Source: Octopus bimaculoides (Eukaryota). Taken from it: DNA of 51,612 nucleotides. Both the position numbers and the translations under genes were made by a program. Shown one piece after another: positions 1-12,030 of the stretch; positions within the stretch are counted from its first letter, which is position 1; each line of letters opens with the position of its first letter. The notes beneath the pieces were generated by a model that ran no database searches, was not told the DNA's origin, and saw only the letters and a list, made by a program, of their open reading frames with translations. The stretch spans positions 145,418,351 through 145,469,962 of the forward strand of contig NC_068984.1 in NCBI RefSeq assembly GCF_001194135.2. The letters are read 5' to 3'.

Positions 1-436
1 AAAGATCACAAAATGACTGTGGTATAACTCCTGTTTATGAGGTAGAAACTACCTGTTAGTTTGGGGTATTTGAGTAAATATAAAATAAAATGTCTTACGG
101 TTAAGTTGGATCTTATGTATTTCCCTGAAGAGAAGATTACATCTTTATCAACATCACTTGTTCCTTTGGAAGGAACCATTTGTAATCTTCGAAACATATG
201 TCGGAAATAAAAGAATTCATTTAACATATGCATATTACTCCATTTATTAAATTATATATATATATATCCTTCTCTCACTCTCTGGGAGAGAGGCACAAGC
301 ACATACACATACATATACACACACGGCAGTAACTTCTGCCTACCAAATTCAATCACACGGCTTCGGTCGGCTCGGGCCTATAGCAGAAGACACATGCCCA
401 AGGTGCCACACGGTGGGACTGAACCCGAAATCATGT

Positions 437-483
<47 letters not shown>

Positions 484-608
484 CATATATATACACATAC
501 ATACATGCATACACATACATATAAATACATGCATGCATACATACATATATATATATATACTCTTTACTTGTTTCAATCATTTGACTGTGGCCATGCTGGA
601 GCACCACC

Positions 609-646
<38 letters not shown>

Positions 647-739
647 CACACATATATATACATACATATACANNNNNNNNNNATAGATACATACATATAT
701 ATATATATATACATATATATAAATATATACATACATATA

Positions 740-985
740 TAAAAGACACCATTTTGAGCATGGCCGTTGCCAGTACCGCCTGACTGGCCTTCGTGGGGGT
801 GACACGTAAAAGCACCCACTACACTCTCTGAGTGGTTGGCGTTAGGAAGGGCATCCAGCTGTAGAAACTCTGCCAAATTAGATTGGAGCCTGGTGTTGCC
901 ATCCGGTTTCACCAGTCCTCAGTCAAATCGTCCAACCCATGCTAGCATGGAAAGCGGACGTTAAACGATGATGATGATGATGATA
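740..985 (+). mobile_element. RTE-clade LINE 3' end (5'-truncated) with (GAT)n tail
   Basis: Contains ggttggcgttaggaagggcatccagctgtagaaac...gcatggaaagcggacgttaaacgatgatgatg. The same terminus follows RT-coding sequence in the copies at 5652-6920 and 9230-9922. Further termini lie at about 16435-16620(-), 19510-19665(+), 21385-21530(-), 21780-21935(+), 26770-27075(-), 30150-30365(-), 43625-43870(-) and 45010-45265(-). Confidence 0.85.
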
Positions 986-1168
986 TATATATATTATGTA
1001 TATACACATACATGTATATATGTACATGTATGCATGCGTACAGTGAGTGGACATCTTTGATTTTGGCGTGGTTCTGCTGAAATCAACAAATTCTTCCTCC
1101 TAATCCCAAAGGTGATACTTTTGTAACCTGAGAAAGCAAAGTTGCTGCAAGCATGGGAGAAGACTCAC

Positions 1169-1288
1169 CAATCATTTCCAGTTTAATGTGCAGAAACTGT
1201 TCAATTTCATCTTCTAAAGTATCTTTTGACTCTAAAGGAACCATAAGATGTCCAAAAAATTCTGTGTTGATGATATGCATCGACATTC
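1169..1288 (-). CDS. COLGALT1: COLGALT exon F (120 nt); the gene continues beyond position 1
   Basis: Acceptor ttttcaacag|GA and donor ATTG|gtgagt. Encodes (G)MSMHIINTEFFGHLMVPLESKDTLEDEIEQFLHIKLEMI, similar to recalled human [38 protein letters not shown]. Confidence 0.93.
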
Positions 1289-1784
1289 CTGTTGAAAACA
1301 CAAAGCAAAAAATACAATATTGACATAAATATGGTAAAATAGCAGACTTCAGACTGGTAAATGGTTCTAAGGTTCTTTTTTTTATTTTTTTTTTATTTTG
1401 CATAAATTCTACTCTATTCTTTATTAACAAGTATCAGATTGGTGTGTGTACACCTGAGTGCTATGTTTAATACCAAACTCACACACAAACACACCGTGGA
1501 TAATATGGTTCTAGACTTTTCCATTTTCTTTTTTTTTTTTGTGCAAAATCTGGAAGAGGGAACAGAGCCAAGGCTCTTCAAGACTATTGAGATTGATGTC
1601 ATAATAAATGACATAGATTCAGGCATTGCAAATTTTTTTTGCTGGATGTCTCTTCATCTGCTATTTTCAGATCGCCCAGAAATGAATCAATTCTATAGCC
1701 ATTTCCCCAGCAAACTTGTTAATGTGTAATTAAGTTAACCCACACTAATTAGCTATGACAACTGGAATGTATTCTAAGACTTAC

Positions 1785-1989
1785 CGGCATATTTTGCAGA
1801 AAAAGCAAACTGTATGATATCATCAAACGGCCCTTTATATTCAGGTGGGGCTTTATTGAATGACAGTTTCTTCACCCCAACATGGTTCATATCAATGAAG
1901 TAGACAGAATGAACCATTGGTACTTCAAAGCAACCCTGTTTGTGCCACCGGACGATTGGTTCATAATCTGGTGTTCTTTGATAATATCC
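1785..1989 (-). CDS. COLGALT1: COLGALT exon E (205 nt)
   Basis: Acceptor ctctcttcag|GGA and donor GCCG|gtaagt. Encodes GYYQRTPDYEPIVRWHKQGCFEVPMVHSVYFIDMNHVGVKKLSFNKAPPEYKGPFDDIIQFAFSAKYA(G), with the GYYxRT, GCFxVPMVHS and FDDIIxFAFS motifs. Confidence 0.97.
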
Positions 1990-2697
1990 CTGAAGAGAGA
2001 GAAAAAAAATACAAGAAGACAATGGATTGTATTTTAGAGTTGTTGGTTCATCATCATCATCATCGCTATTTGTAAATCTCATGAGAGATATTCAGCAACA
2101 TTTCTTTGGAGTAAAGATTATTTGCCAACATAACATGGCAGTCCTGGTTTAGGACGAATGGTGCTGTAATTAAGCCCCAGGAGACATCATCTCCTGTTGG
2201 CAATACGACACGATCTGTGTCCTTATATTTTCAAACAAAGGAATCTAGCACCCCCACTCAGCTCAAAACAACATCTGTGTAATGCGATTTCCAGGTTATT
2301 TCCCTTCTCTCGTTGTGAGATTGAAAAACAGTAATTTTCTAATTCATAAATCAGTGACTAATTGTCACTTTGAAAACTATATATTTCAAATGGGAATTTG
2401 GTAGCACCACCTCGAGCCGAACAATTATTCTGTGCTGATGAAGGAAAATAACCCAGAAAAGTACCAGTCATCAACGGTTTCACTATTTACTATTATATTC
2501 CCAAACTATCCAGTCACCAAAGTCACTGCAAACAAAACTCAAAGACTATCATGAACAGAATCAGTTCCATTCCATGCTGGTCCTTTGTTGGTTATCTTTT
2601 GGTCTGTCAGAGTTCTATGACTATTTAAACACTTCACAAGACAACAGAAGAAAAACTAAACACAAGAACAATGGGAATGGTAATATATTTTACTTAC

Positions 2698-2773
2698 ATG
2701 TTCATTAATCCCACACCAGAAGTTGGAGTAGAGGCTGTCGGTTGATACATTAAGCTGAGGTGAAATAATGGGT
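2698..2773 (-). CDS. COLGALT1: COLGALT exon D (76 nt)
   Basis: Acceptor ggttttcag|A and donor CAT|gtaagt. Encodes (K)PIISPQLNVSTDSLYSNFWCGINEH, containing the hallmark YSNFWCG motif of COLGALT/PLOD-type glycosyltransferase domains. Confidence 0.95.
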
Positions 2774-3349
2774 CTGAAAACCAAAGGAAACAAAATCTAG
2801 AGAAGCTGAAAGGAAACGCTAGGGATGGATGGCAGGGTGGCGGTGAGTATGAAGATGCAGTAACAATAGTTCGTTAACATCAGAAGTAATGCAACCAATT
2901 AAAATAATGCTATTGTTCACAACCAAAAAAAAAAAAAAGAAGAAATTAGAGAGAGAGTTATGTTTTTCAAGATATTACAATTCTATTCATTAATTTTTTT
3001 TTTTTTTGTATTTTATAAGGTTTTTAATTTGTTATTTACATAATAGGAGAAATAATAGAAAGAAAGTTAATAATGTGTGTTTGTTCTTATTATATCTAAT
3101 TATTGTATTTCCATAGAAATTCCCTACATGGGTCTGGAATTGCTAATTTAGAAGAAAATGGTTGTGAGAATCCGGTTATTTCAATCGTTACTGTCAAAGG
3201 TATAAAGTAATTAAGTACTTTGTATTTGCCAGTTAATTATCTTTCATTCTAATACCTTTGCCCTCGCCAACTTAACAATGTCTCATCTTCATTGACTACT
3301 TATACACATACAAAAGATGGCTGATGTAGTAAAATCTAGTTCAAAGGGG

Positions 3350-3585
3350 CTGGCATGGCTGGGTGGTAAGAAGTCTGCTTCCCAACTACATGGTGCAGGG
3401 TTCAGTCCCACTGCATAACACCTTAGGCAAGTGTCTTCTATATCCTCGGATTGACCAAAGACTTGTGAGTGGATGTGGTAGATGGAAACTGAAAGAAGCC
3501 CATGTATATCTGTGTGTGTGTTTGTATCTCCATAACTTAGTGGTTCGGCAAAAGATATCAATAGAATAAGTACCGGTTCTATATT
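3350..3585 (+). mobile_element. tRNA-derived SINE family B copy
   Basis: A-box-like tggctgggtgg and B-box-like ggttcagtccc, then ccttaggcaagtgtcttcta...gtagatggaaactgaaagaagccc. About 22 related full or half copies occur in the window. Confidence 0.85.
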
Positions 3586-4383
3586 TAAGAGATGAGGAAT
3601 TATGTACATTATTTACAACAAACAAGATGACAAATATCTGTCAAATGTAAATAAGTACTGGGATTAAAAAACTTCCCAAGTTTAGCACAAAAGTTCACGT
3701 TAGTTCTTTGTTCCTGTCCATGGCAAAATTGCAGACTACAGCAGACACATGATCACAGAAACACAAACTTCACAAATTACGAAGTAAAGACAGTGATGTC
3801 ACTCAGCACACTGCCTCATGAAGGTCACTGCTAGCTTTCACTGCACACCCAACCATGTGCTGCCATCTGTTGGCATGCTGCAGAACTAGTCTGGGAACCT
3901 CATATGCATTTTTGTAAGTTACTAAAGGTGACAAGCAGGCAAAAGAATTAACAATGCCAGAAAACGCTGAATGGCATGTCTTCCAGAACTTTACATTCTG
4001 AGTTCAAATGCCACAGAGGCCGAATTTGCCTTTCGTTCTTTAAAAGTTTGATATAGTAAGTATCAGTCGGATGCTGAGGTTGATGTAACAACCTTCCCCT
4101 CCTCTCAAAATTGGAAAAATTGCTCCCCGTATTTAGAAAATGAATTGACGAAGTGCAAGAACAGCGCCACACCATGTCGGCAGATTACCACAACCAAACA
4201 TATGGAAGCGAACTAGCAGACATGAAACAATGCTGCTTCATAGCACAAGACAAGGTTCCTTCGTACCATAAGCAATTAGAAATAACAGAACGGTTATTGC
4301 AAACATGTGTTGCATCTTGAAAAAAACCACAAAGACAGACAGATAATAGCACCAGCAGGAAAGAAAAAACCATGAACACTTAC

Positions 4384-4448
4384 TTGTTCTGTTGGATGAG
4401 AATGGAAAACAAGTCTTGGTTTTCAATGACAATATCAGCATCCATCAA
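4384..4448 (-). CDS. COLGALT1: COLGALT exon C (65 nt; carries the DxD motif)
   Basis: Acceptor cctatttcag|TTG and donor AA|gtaagt. Encodes LMDADIVIENQDLFSILIQQN(K). It starts in phase 0 and ends in phase 2, which fits both neighbours. Not annotated in the ORF track as an exon. Confidence 0.9.
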
Positions 4449-4653
4449 CTGAAATAGGAAGAAGAAGAACCAAAGTGAGAATGGATTACGGCAGTTACAT
4501 CATGTTTGCAAAGGAAAAAGGATTTGTTACTGAAGACTCCAAAGAGGTTGTAGAGGACAAGAAATAGTTTGTGAGAGATTGTGCAAGAACAAATGGGAAG
4601 TATTTAGGAGAGGATTTGGAGAAATTCCATTATGTGTGTTTGTATACATACAT

Positions 4654-4690
<37 letters not shown>

Positions 4691-4991
4691 NNNNNNNNNN
4701 NNNNNNNNNNNNNNNNNNNNNNNNNNNNNNNNNNNNNNNNNNNNNNNNNNNNNNNNNNNNNNNNNNNNNNNNNNNNNNNNNNNNNNNNNNTATATATATA
4801 TACATACATATATGCATACATATATATATATACATATAGATATGCATACATATATATATACTTATAGATATATACATACATATATATATACATATAGATA
4901 TATACATACATATATATATATAGATAGATATATATATATATGTGTGCATATATAAATATCTAAATATATGTGTGTGTGTGTGTGTGTGTGA

Positions 4992-5066
<75 letters not shown>

Positions 5067-5085
5067 ATACACACACATATTTATA

Positions 5086-5116
<31 letters not shown>

Positions 5117-5551
5117 TTATATGTATATATGAAAGAAACCTATCTCCGATAACTGCAAACATTATGAAAGAAAAACTAATGGATTTCAGTTAGTCCAGAT
5201 GGATATTTTAAAGATCAGTGATTATCTCAAGATTTACACAACAAAGCAATTTAATCTTATTTTATTGTTTATCTCGAGAGATGTTAGAAAGATTCCTCTG
5301 AAGCCAAAGAAGATGGAAATGATTATCAACATTCATTTGGTAAAAGATTTATCGGAAACATATTCTAAAAAATTTCAAGAGAAAATTAGAGATTTGCAAT
5401 ATTCTCAGAAAATGTTTACACAATAAGATGTGAAACTGAAATCTAACCATAAAGATTAATGTGAGATATAGACGAGTAAAGTGTAATAGCTAATGGTTAA
5501 GGCCATTACAGAAGCTAATCCAGTTTCAGACATGAAACATAGCTGCATAAT

Positions 5552-5618
<67 letters not shown>

Positions 5619-5651
5619 GTGTGTGCGTGTGCGTGTAAATATATATATATC

Positions 5652-6920
5652 TCATCATCATTGCCGTTTAACGTCTGCTTTCCATGCTGGCATGGGTTGG
5701 ATGGTTTGACAATGCTGGCAAGCCAGAAGGCTGCACCAGGCTCCAATCTGATCTGGCAAGGTTTCTACAGCTGGATGCCCTTCCTAACGCCAACCACTGG
5801 TAGTGGGTGCTTTTTATGTGTCCCCACAATGGAGCCAGTCAGGTGAGCCTGGCATCAATCACATTTAGATGGGGCTTTTTATGTGCCAGAGGCACAAGTG
5901 CCAGTCAGGGGGTACTGGCATCGGCCACGATTGGCTGGTGCTTTTTACATGCCACTGGCATCGGAGCCAGTCAGAGCAACCATGTTTGGATGGTGCATTT
6001 TACGTGCCACCGGCACAGAAGCCAGTCTGGGGGCACTGGCCACAGCTATGATATTGGTTTTACCTGACTCAACAGGTCTTCTCAAGCATATCATATCGCT
6101 TGATGCATCAAGGGTATTCTTAACAGGGCCGGACATGCATGGCTGTGATCTTACTTTAGTTGCCAGGTCTTCTCAATCACAGCATATCTCCATATGTTTC
6201 AGTCTCCTGTCATTGCCTCTGTGAGGGCCCAATGGAGACATAAGCTCCGTTCAAAGGTCATGCTTCCTCACCTCATCCCATGTCTTCCTGGGTCTACCTC
6301 TTCCACAGGTTCCTTCTACAGTTGGGGAGTGGCACTTCCTCACATAGCTGTCTTCGTTCATACATAACACATGACCATATCAGTGCAGTCGTCTCTCTTG
6401 CACACCACATTCGATGCTTCTTATGCCCAACTTTTCTCTCAGGGCACTTACACTCTGTCGTGTATGCACACTAACATTACACATCCAGTGGATCATACTA
6501 GCTTCATTTCTTTCAAGCCCACGTATGTCCTCAGCAGTCACAGCCCATATTTCACTGCCGTGTAGCATGGCAGTTCGCACACATGCATCATACGGTCTAC
6601 CTTTCATCCTGTACGAGAGGCCCTTAGTTGTCAGCAGAGGTAGGAGCTCCCTGAACTTTACCCAAGCTACTCTTACTCTAGTCACTACACTCTCAGAGCT
6701 CCCAGAGGCAGCCTGTCTTGAATTCCTCTGTTATTGTCTGGAGGACTATAATGAATCAGAGGGGGCTGAGGACTGACCCTTGGTGAATCCCTACTTCTAC
6801 TTGGAATTCTTCACTATACTCATTGCCAACCTGCACCTCACTGACAGCATCCCTTTACAGGGATTGTACAGCTCTTACCAACCACTCATCTATCCCTAGT
6901 TTCTGCATTGACCACCAGAT
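5652..6920 (-). mobile_element. RTE-clade LINE remnant: RT domain with an internal deletion, 3' UTR and (GAT)n tail; 5' part lost in the gap
   Basis: Decayed ORF2 segments IWWSMQKLGIDEWLVRAVQSLYRD...HQGSVLSPL...EEFKTGCLWEL and RVRVAWVKFRELLPLLTTKGLSYRMKGRPYDACVRTAMLHGSEIW are typical of RTE RT. They are followed by the family 3' UTR and tail. Confidence 0.92.
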
Positions 6921-8038
6921 NNNNNNNNNNNNNNNNNNNNNNNNNNNNNNNNNNNNNNNNNNNNNNNNNNNNNNNNNNNNNNNNNNNNNNNNNNNNNNNN
7001 NNNNNNNNNNNNNNNNNNNNNNNNNNNNNNNNNNNNNNNNNNNNNNNNNNNNNNNNNNNNNNNNNNNNNNNNNNNNNNNNNNNNNNNNNNNNNNNNNNNN
7101 NNNNNNNNNNNNNNNNNNNNNNNNNNNNNNNNNNNNNNNNNNNNNNNNNNNNNNNNNNNNNNNNNNNNNNNNNNNNNNNNNNNNNNNNNNNNNNNNNNNN
7201 NNNNNNNNNNNNNNNNNNNNNNNNNNNNNNNNNNNNNNNNNNNNNNNNNNNNNNNNNNNNNNNNNNNNNNNNNNNNNNNNNNNNNNNNNNNNNNNNNNNN
7301 NNNNNNNNNNNNNNNNNNNNNNNNNNNNNNNNNNNNNNNNNNNNNNNNNNNNNNNNNNNNNNNNNNNNNNNNNNNNNNNNNNNNNNNNNNNNNCACACAC
7401 ACACACACACATAAATATACTACAGATACTGCATTCCAACTTAGTCAAGTGAATATAATATGTCATCACAATCAACTTGACGTGATTATACTAGAAAACC
7501 AATGGTTTGACATTGAAAGTTCCTCACTTTAGAAAGGCGCTGTGCCATTTGGCCTTGCTTTGAAGAGACAACCAGGGTATGGTGAGGACTGAACTTGTGC
7601 CTAAGAATTACAGAGTGAAAGAGAGATAGAGAGAAAAAGAGACTCTATGTGTGTGAGAGAGGGAGAGCATGACCATCAAGCTACAGAGCATAGAGGTATG
7701 TATGTTAAATTAATGGCATATAAACCAAGAATCATTTACAGACTTTTACAGTGAAAATAACAATTGATTTTTTTTTTTTTGTATTAGCCATCATCACCAC
7801 ACAGGTTTCAGTTTGAGTTCTTTTTTTTTTTTTTGAATGAGGATGAAGATGATGATTATGCTGCTGATGATGAAGATGATAATGAAGAAAATGACAGCTT
7901 TACACTACATTAATAGCTAAATGTTGGATAATTATGTCGCTTGCAGACAGTAGGAAAAAAAATAATAATAAAAACATCAAAAAAATAATTTAAATCAAAA
8001 GTTTGTACTAACATTATTTCTTCAATAAATGAAAGATT

Positions 8039-8075
<37 letters not shown>

Positions 8076-9229
8076 CAAAACCCCTCAAGAGATATTGAGA
8101 TATAAAATATCTAGAAACAAACAAGTTAACTGATGACAAGAATTTTGTTTCACTCTGGAGAAAATTTCTTCTTGGGGAAAAAAGAAGAAGAAAAAACAAA
8201 CTATTTGTTTACATGAGATAATATGGTCAGATTTGAGAGTGAAAACATCAATAAAGATAATATATAAAAAAAAACATAAGAATACTGCAATATAAGAATA
8301 TAAAACATAGGAATATAAGAATATATGATTAAAAAGAAGAAAGTTAAAGAAATCTAAGAATATAAACACATGTAAATAAAAAATGTAAAAATATAAGAAT
8401 TTAAAATATAATACAAAAAAAAACCTGAATAAAAATATACAAGAATATAGAAAAATATAAAAAATATAAGAATTTCTAAAAATGAAGAATACCAATAAAT
8501 AAATGAAAATGTTTGATTGATTCAATAATGAAGAGAGAGAAAGAATTTAATGGGTTTCTGCAAGTGGAGAGAAAATTGTGGAAGACAATCGGCTTAATGA
8601 CTCGAACCTTTGGTGGGATTAAAATGATATTTGAGAGAGAGAGAGAGAGAGAGAAAGAAAGACATACACACACACAAGTAGCATTTCAGATCAGATAGCA
8701 CTATTACACTTGTGGCAATTAATATTTGCAAAAATACAAAACAGAAAAAAAACATTAAAAATAATTTTTAAAATCCCACTTGATTGATTTTTTTTTTTTA
8801 ATGTTTTTATTTTACTTTTTTTAATGAAGCAAAGGTTTAGATAATGTTTTTTTTTCGGTTTGTTTCTTTGCTTTTTTTAAATTTTTTTTACAGAGGATTT
8901 TAAACAACTGATTAATTGATAAAATTTCCACCAGAGGGAAGCACTGAAGTAAGTAAACATAAAAATGGGGTGTTCGGGAGGCATGAATTATCTTCTGTCT
9001 TTTATTTGTTTCAGTCACAAGACTGTGGCCATGCTGGGGCACTGCCTTGAAGAATTTTTAGCCATGCAAATTGATCTCAGCCTGGTACTTATCCTATCAG
9101 TCCCTTTGCTGAACTGCTAAGTTACAGGGACATAAACACTGGTTGTCAAGCGGCAATGAGAGACAGGCACTGACACAAAACCACACACATGGATGAGAAT
9201 GTGTGTGTGTGTGGAAGGAACCTGTGGAA

Positions 9230-9922
9230 GAGGTAGACTCAGGAAGACATGGGATGAGGTAGTGAAGCATGACCTTTGAACATTGGGCCTCACAGAGGCA
9301 ATGGCAGGAGACCGAGACCTTTGGAGATATGCTGTGATTGAGAAGACCCGGCAACTAAATTGAGATCGCAGCCTTGCATGTCTGGCCCAGTTAAGAGTAC
9401 CCCTGATGTGTTGGATGATTATGATATGCTTGAGAAGAGCTGCTGAGTCAAGTAAAACCAATATTGTAGCTGTGGCCAGTGACCCCTTACTGGCTCCCGT
9501 GCCAGTGGCACGTAAAAAGCACCATCTGAATGTGGTCGATGCCAGGTCCACCTGACTGGCTCCTGTACCGGTGGCACACATAAAAAGCATCATCCAAACA
9601 TGGCCAATGCCAGTACTCCCTGACTGGACCCTGTGCCAGTGACACGTAAAAAGTACTATCCAAATGTAATCAATGCTAGGCCTGCATGACTGGCTCCTGT
9701 GCTGGTGGCACACAAAAAGCACCATCTGAACGTGGCCAATGCCAGTGCCGCCTGACCGACTGCCGTGCCGGTGGCACGTAAAGGCACCCACTATACTCTC
9801 GGAGTGGCTGGCGTTAGGAAGGGCATCCAGCTGTAGAAACCTTGGAGCATGGTGCAGCTTTCCAGGCCTCAGTCAAACCGTCCAACCCATCCATGCCAGC
9901 ATGGAAAACGGATGATGATGAT
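9230..9922 (+). mobile_element. RTE-clade LINE 3' fragment (ORF2 C-terminus, repeat-containing 3' UTR, tail)
   Basis: Translates as EGTCGRGRLRKTWDEVVKHDL*TLGLTEAMAGDRDLWRYAVIEKTRQ, followed by five ~66-bp units and the family terminus ending gatgatgatgat. Confidence 0.9.
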
Positions 9923-9983
9923 AAGTGAAAAAAATTGCACAAACAAAAAGTAAAAAACATATAATGAATGCACAGACGAATGG

Positions 9984-10596
9984 AAAAACATTCATTGAGT
10001 GCAGAAACTGATGGAAAACAGACACAGAAGGTGCATGACTCGTCATCAGTTATCAACCAGATGGTATTACTTGGTTTCGCACCATTAATGATAAGACTGA
10101 GACACTTTCCGTGCTGGCTGTGGCTGCGAAAGTTATGGAGAATATAAGACCGAGAACAAACAATACATGGAATCCAGGCGATACAGAAGTAGACATACGA
10201 AAGTGAATAAATGTAATTTAAGACGATGGATGAAGGACAAAGATGAAATAAATAAGAAACGAGCAAAATATAACCTCTGGGCTCAAAAGACACAGTTGGT
10301 GGGTAACACTTAGAGAACAATCCTAAAGGATCAGAAAGACAACAAACAACAAGATGAGTGCTGGTGGAGATTAGAGAATTTACGACCGGTCAGCTACGCG
10401 ACAGTGTAAAAAAAGGAAGAGAAAGAAAGGCTGGCCACAGTCCAATATTCTCTGCAATTTTCTCAGGCACCGCCAGCATGAGAAGCATCTCAGTTTTATC
10501 ATTAATGGTGTGAAACTTAGTAACACCATCTGATGAAGAATTAGGGACCTTCTGTGTCTGCTTTCCGTCCATTTGTGCATTCAATGTACGTTTTTC
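9984..10596. repeat. Diverged ~160-bp inverted repeat with ~285-nt spacer
   Basis: 9984-10152 aligns to the reverse complement of 10438-10596, with about 80% identity by hand and one 10-nt indel. Confidence 0.9.
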
Positions 10597-11916
10597 TGTT
10601 CACCTGTAGAAAATCCAGCTCCAAAACAGCCTGATGATAACAAGGGAGAATGAGCACCAGCCAGCCCAAAAGTTGGGGTGGGCTGCACCTGCCAACCTCG
10701 GTTGCTACGGCATTGAGGTAGATCTAGCCACCCCTATTAATGGGGACAAAACCCGGATTTAGAACAATGGATGATGATGATATATATGTATATATGTACA
10801 AAATAAAACACAAGCTTCCACACAATTTTCATCTACCAAATTCACTAACAAGACATAGCTTGGCCCAGGGCTATAGTAGAAGACATTTGCCTAAGGTGCT
10901 ATACAGTGGGACTGAAACCAGAACCAGATGGTTGCAAAGCAGGTTTCTTAACCACATACCTATGCTTGCATCTATAACCACAAGAAGAAAAAAATTTGTG
11001 CAAAAGATGAAATTATTACAGTCAGAGTATATTTAAGATGATGATGACAGCTATGCGAAGGAAGAGAAGAAGATACGGGGTTGCTAAGATACCTGCAGTG
11101 GTGGTCAGAGAGGGATGGAGCGGGATGGAGCGGGACGAAGGAAGAAGCTGAGCAACACTTATAGAATCTTGCTTCCATATTCAATGGCAGAAATAACAGT
11201 TTAAAGTTTGTGTGAAATCTTTAAAAACTGCTGCCTATGTCAACAGGAAATTGGCGTTTCCAATAGGAGAGCAGCCTGTGGCATACTCCGTTATAATTAT
11301 TATTGCTTCCAGCAAACATTAATCAAAGACAAGAAGAATTGAGTGAAAGAACTTTCTACATCATTCAATAGCCATCACATTGGATGAATGCCAGGAAAGT
11401 TTGAAAAATTCTAAAAGCTCTCTTCTTTAGATGCCAAGCAGGAAAATACATGACTCAATATTTTAATAAGTTATTGAAGTCACGGCCATTCTAGGTGCTA
11501 CCAATTCAATAAAAGGCTATTCAGGGAATCGGTAGGAATAGAAATTGTTTTTTAAGTAAAAGATATTTTTACAGGAAACGAAAAAATGAAAAACAAAAAG
11601 CAAAACAAAAAATTGAAAAAAAAAAAAGAATATTCTGTTGGTTTTTGAACAGTGATGTTTGCTTGTAAAATATTTTACACAGAGAAGTCACCAACATTGA
11701 AATGAAGAATTTTGATGAATGCATACCATTGGCTCACACACACACACACATATAAATGTACATGTGTGTATATATATGTATCCATTTGTATACATACATA
11801 CATATGTATATAATGCATCACTCTATACTGCAGTTATTGAACAGTATGATTGGCAGGGTATATATAAACAGTTTGTATTTAACAATTGAAGGAATGTCCA
11901 TTCAGTTGAAGACAAG

Positions 11917-12030
<114 letters not shown>

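Noticed and set aside
6-233. Minus ORF with acceptor/donor-like sites (ttctcttcag...ACC|gtaaga) as the next COLGALT exon
   Set aside because: The peptide does not resemble the expected P-rich linker and DKMGFDE segment. The enclosed 26 nt are too short to support; the next exon probably lies outside the window.
4144-4320. Plus-strand 58-codon frame (MSADYHNQTYG...) and a minus-strand acceptor 64 nt after the exon C donor
   Set aside because: No homology is recognised. Splicing to that acceptor gives a stop within a few codons, and the normal exon D joins in frame.
349-5193. Many YIYI/HTHT/CVCV ORFs, here and throughout the window
   Set aside because: These are translations of (TA)n and (CA)n microsatellites.
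5199-5426. K/I-rich plus-strand ORF that looks like coding sequence; similar stretches at 8100-8220, 12300-12445, 34630-34755 and 38140-38320
   Set aside because: No recognisable motif or consistent splice sites; compatible with AT-rich noise or very old TE debris.
11300-11580. Faint hAT-transposase-like words (TRRIE, LDECQESLK, KDIF)
   Set aside because: Needs several stops and frameshifts; cannot be supported without a profile search.
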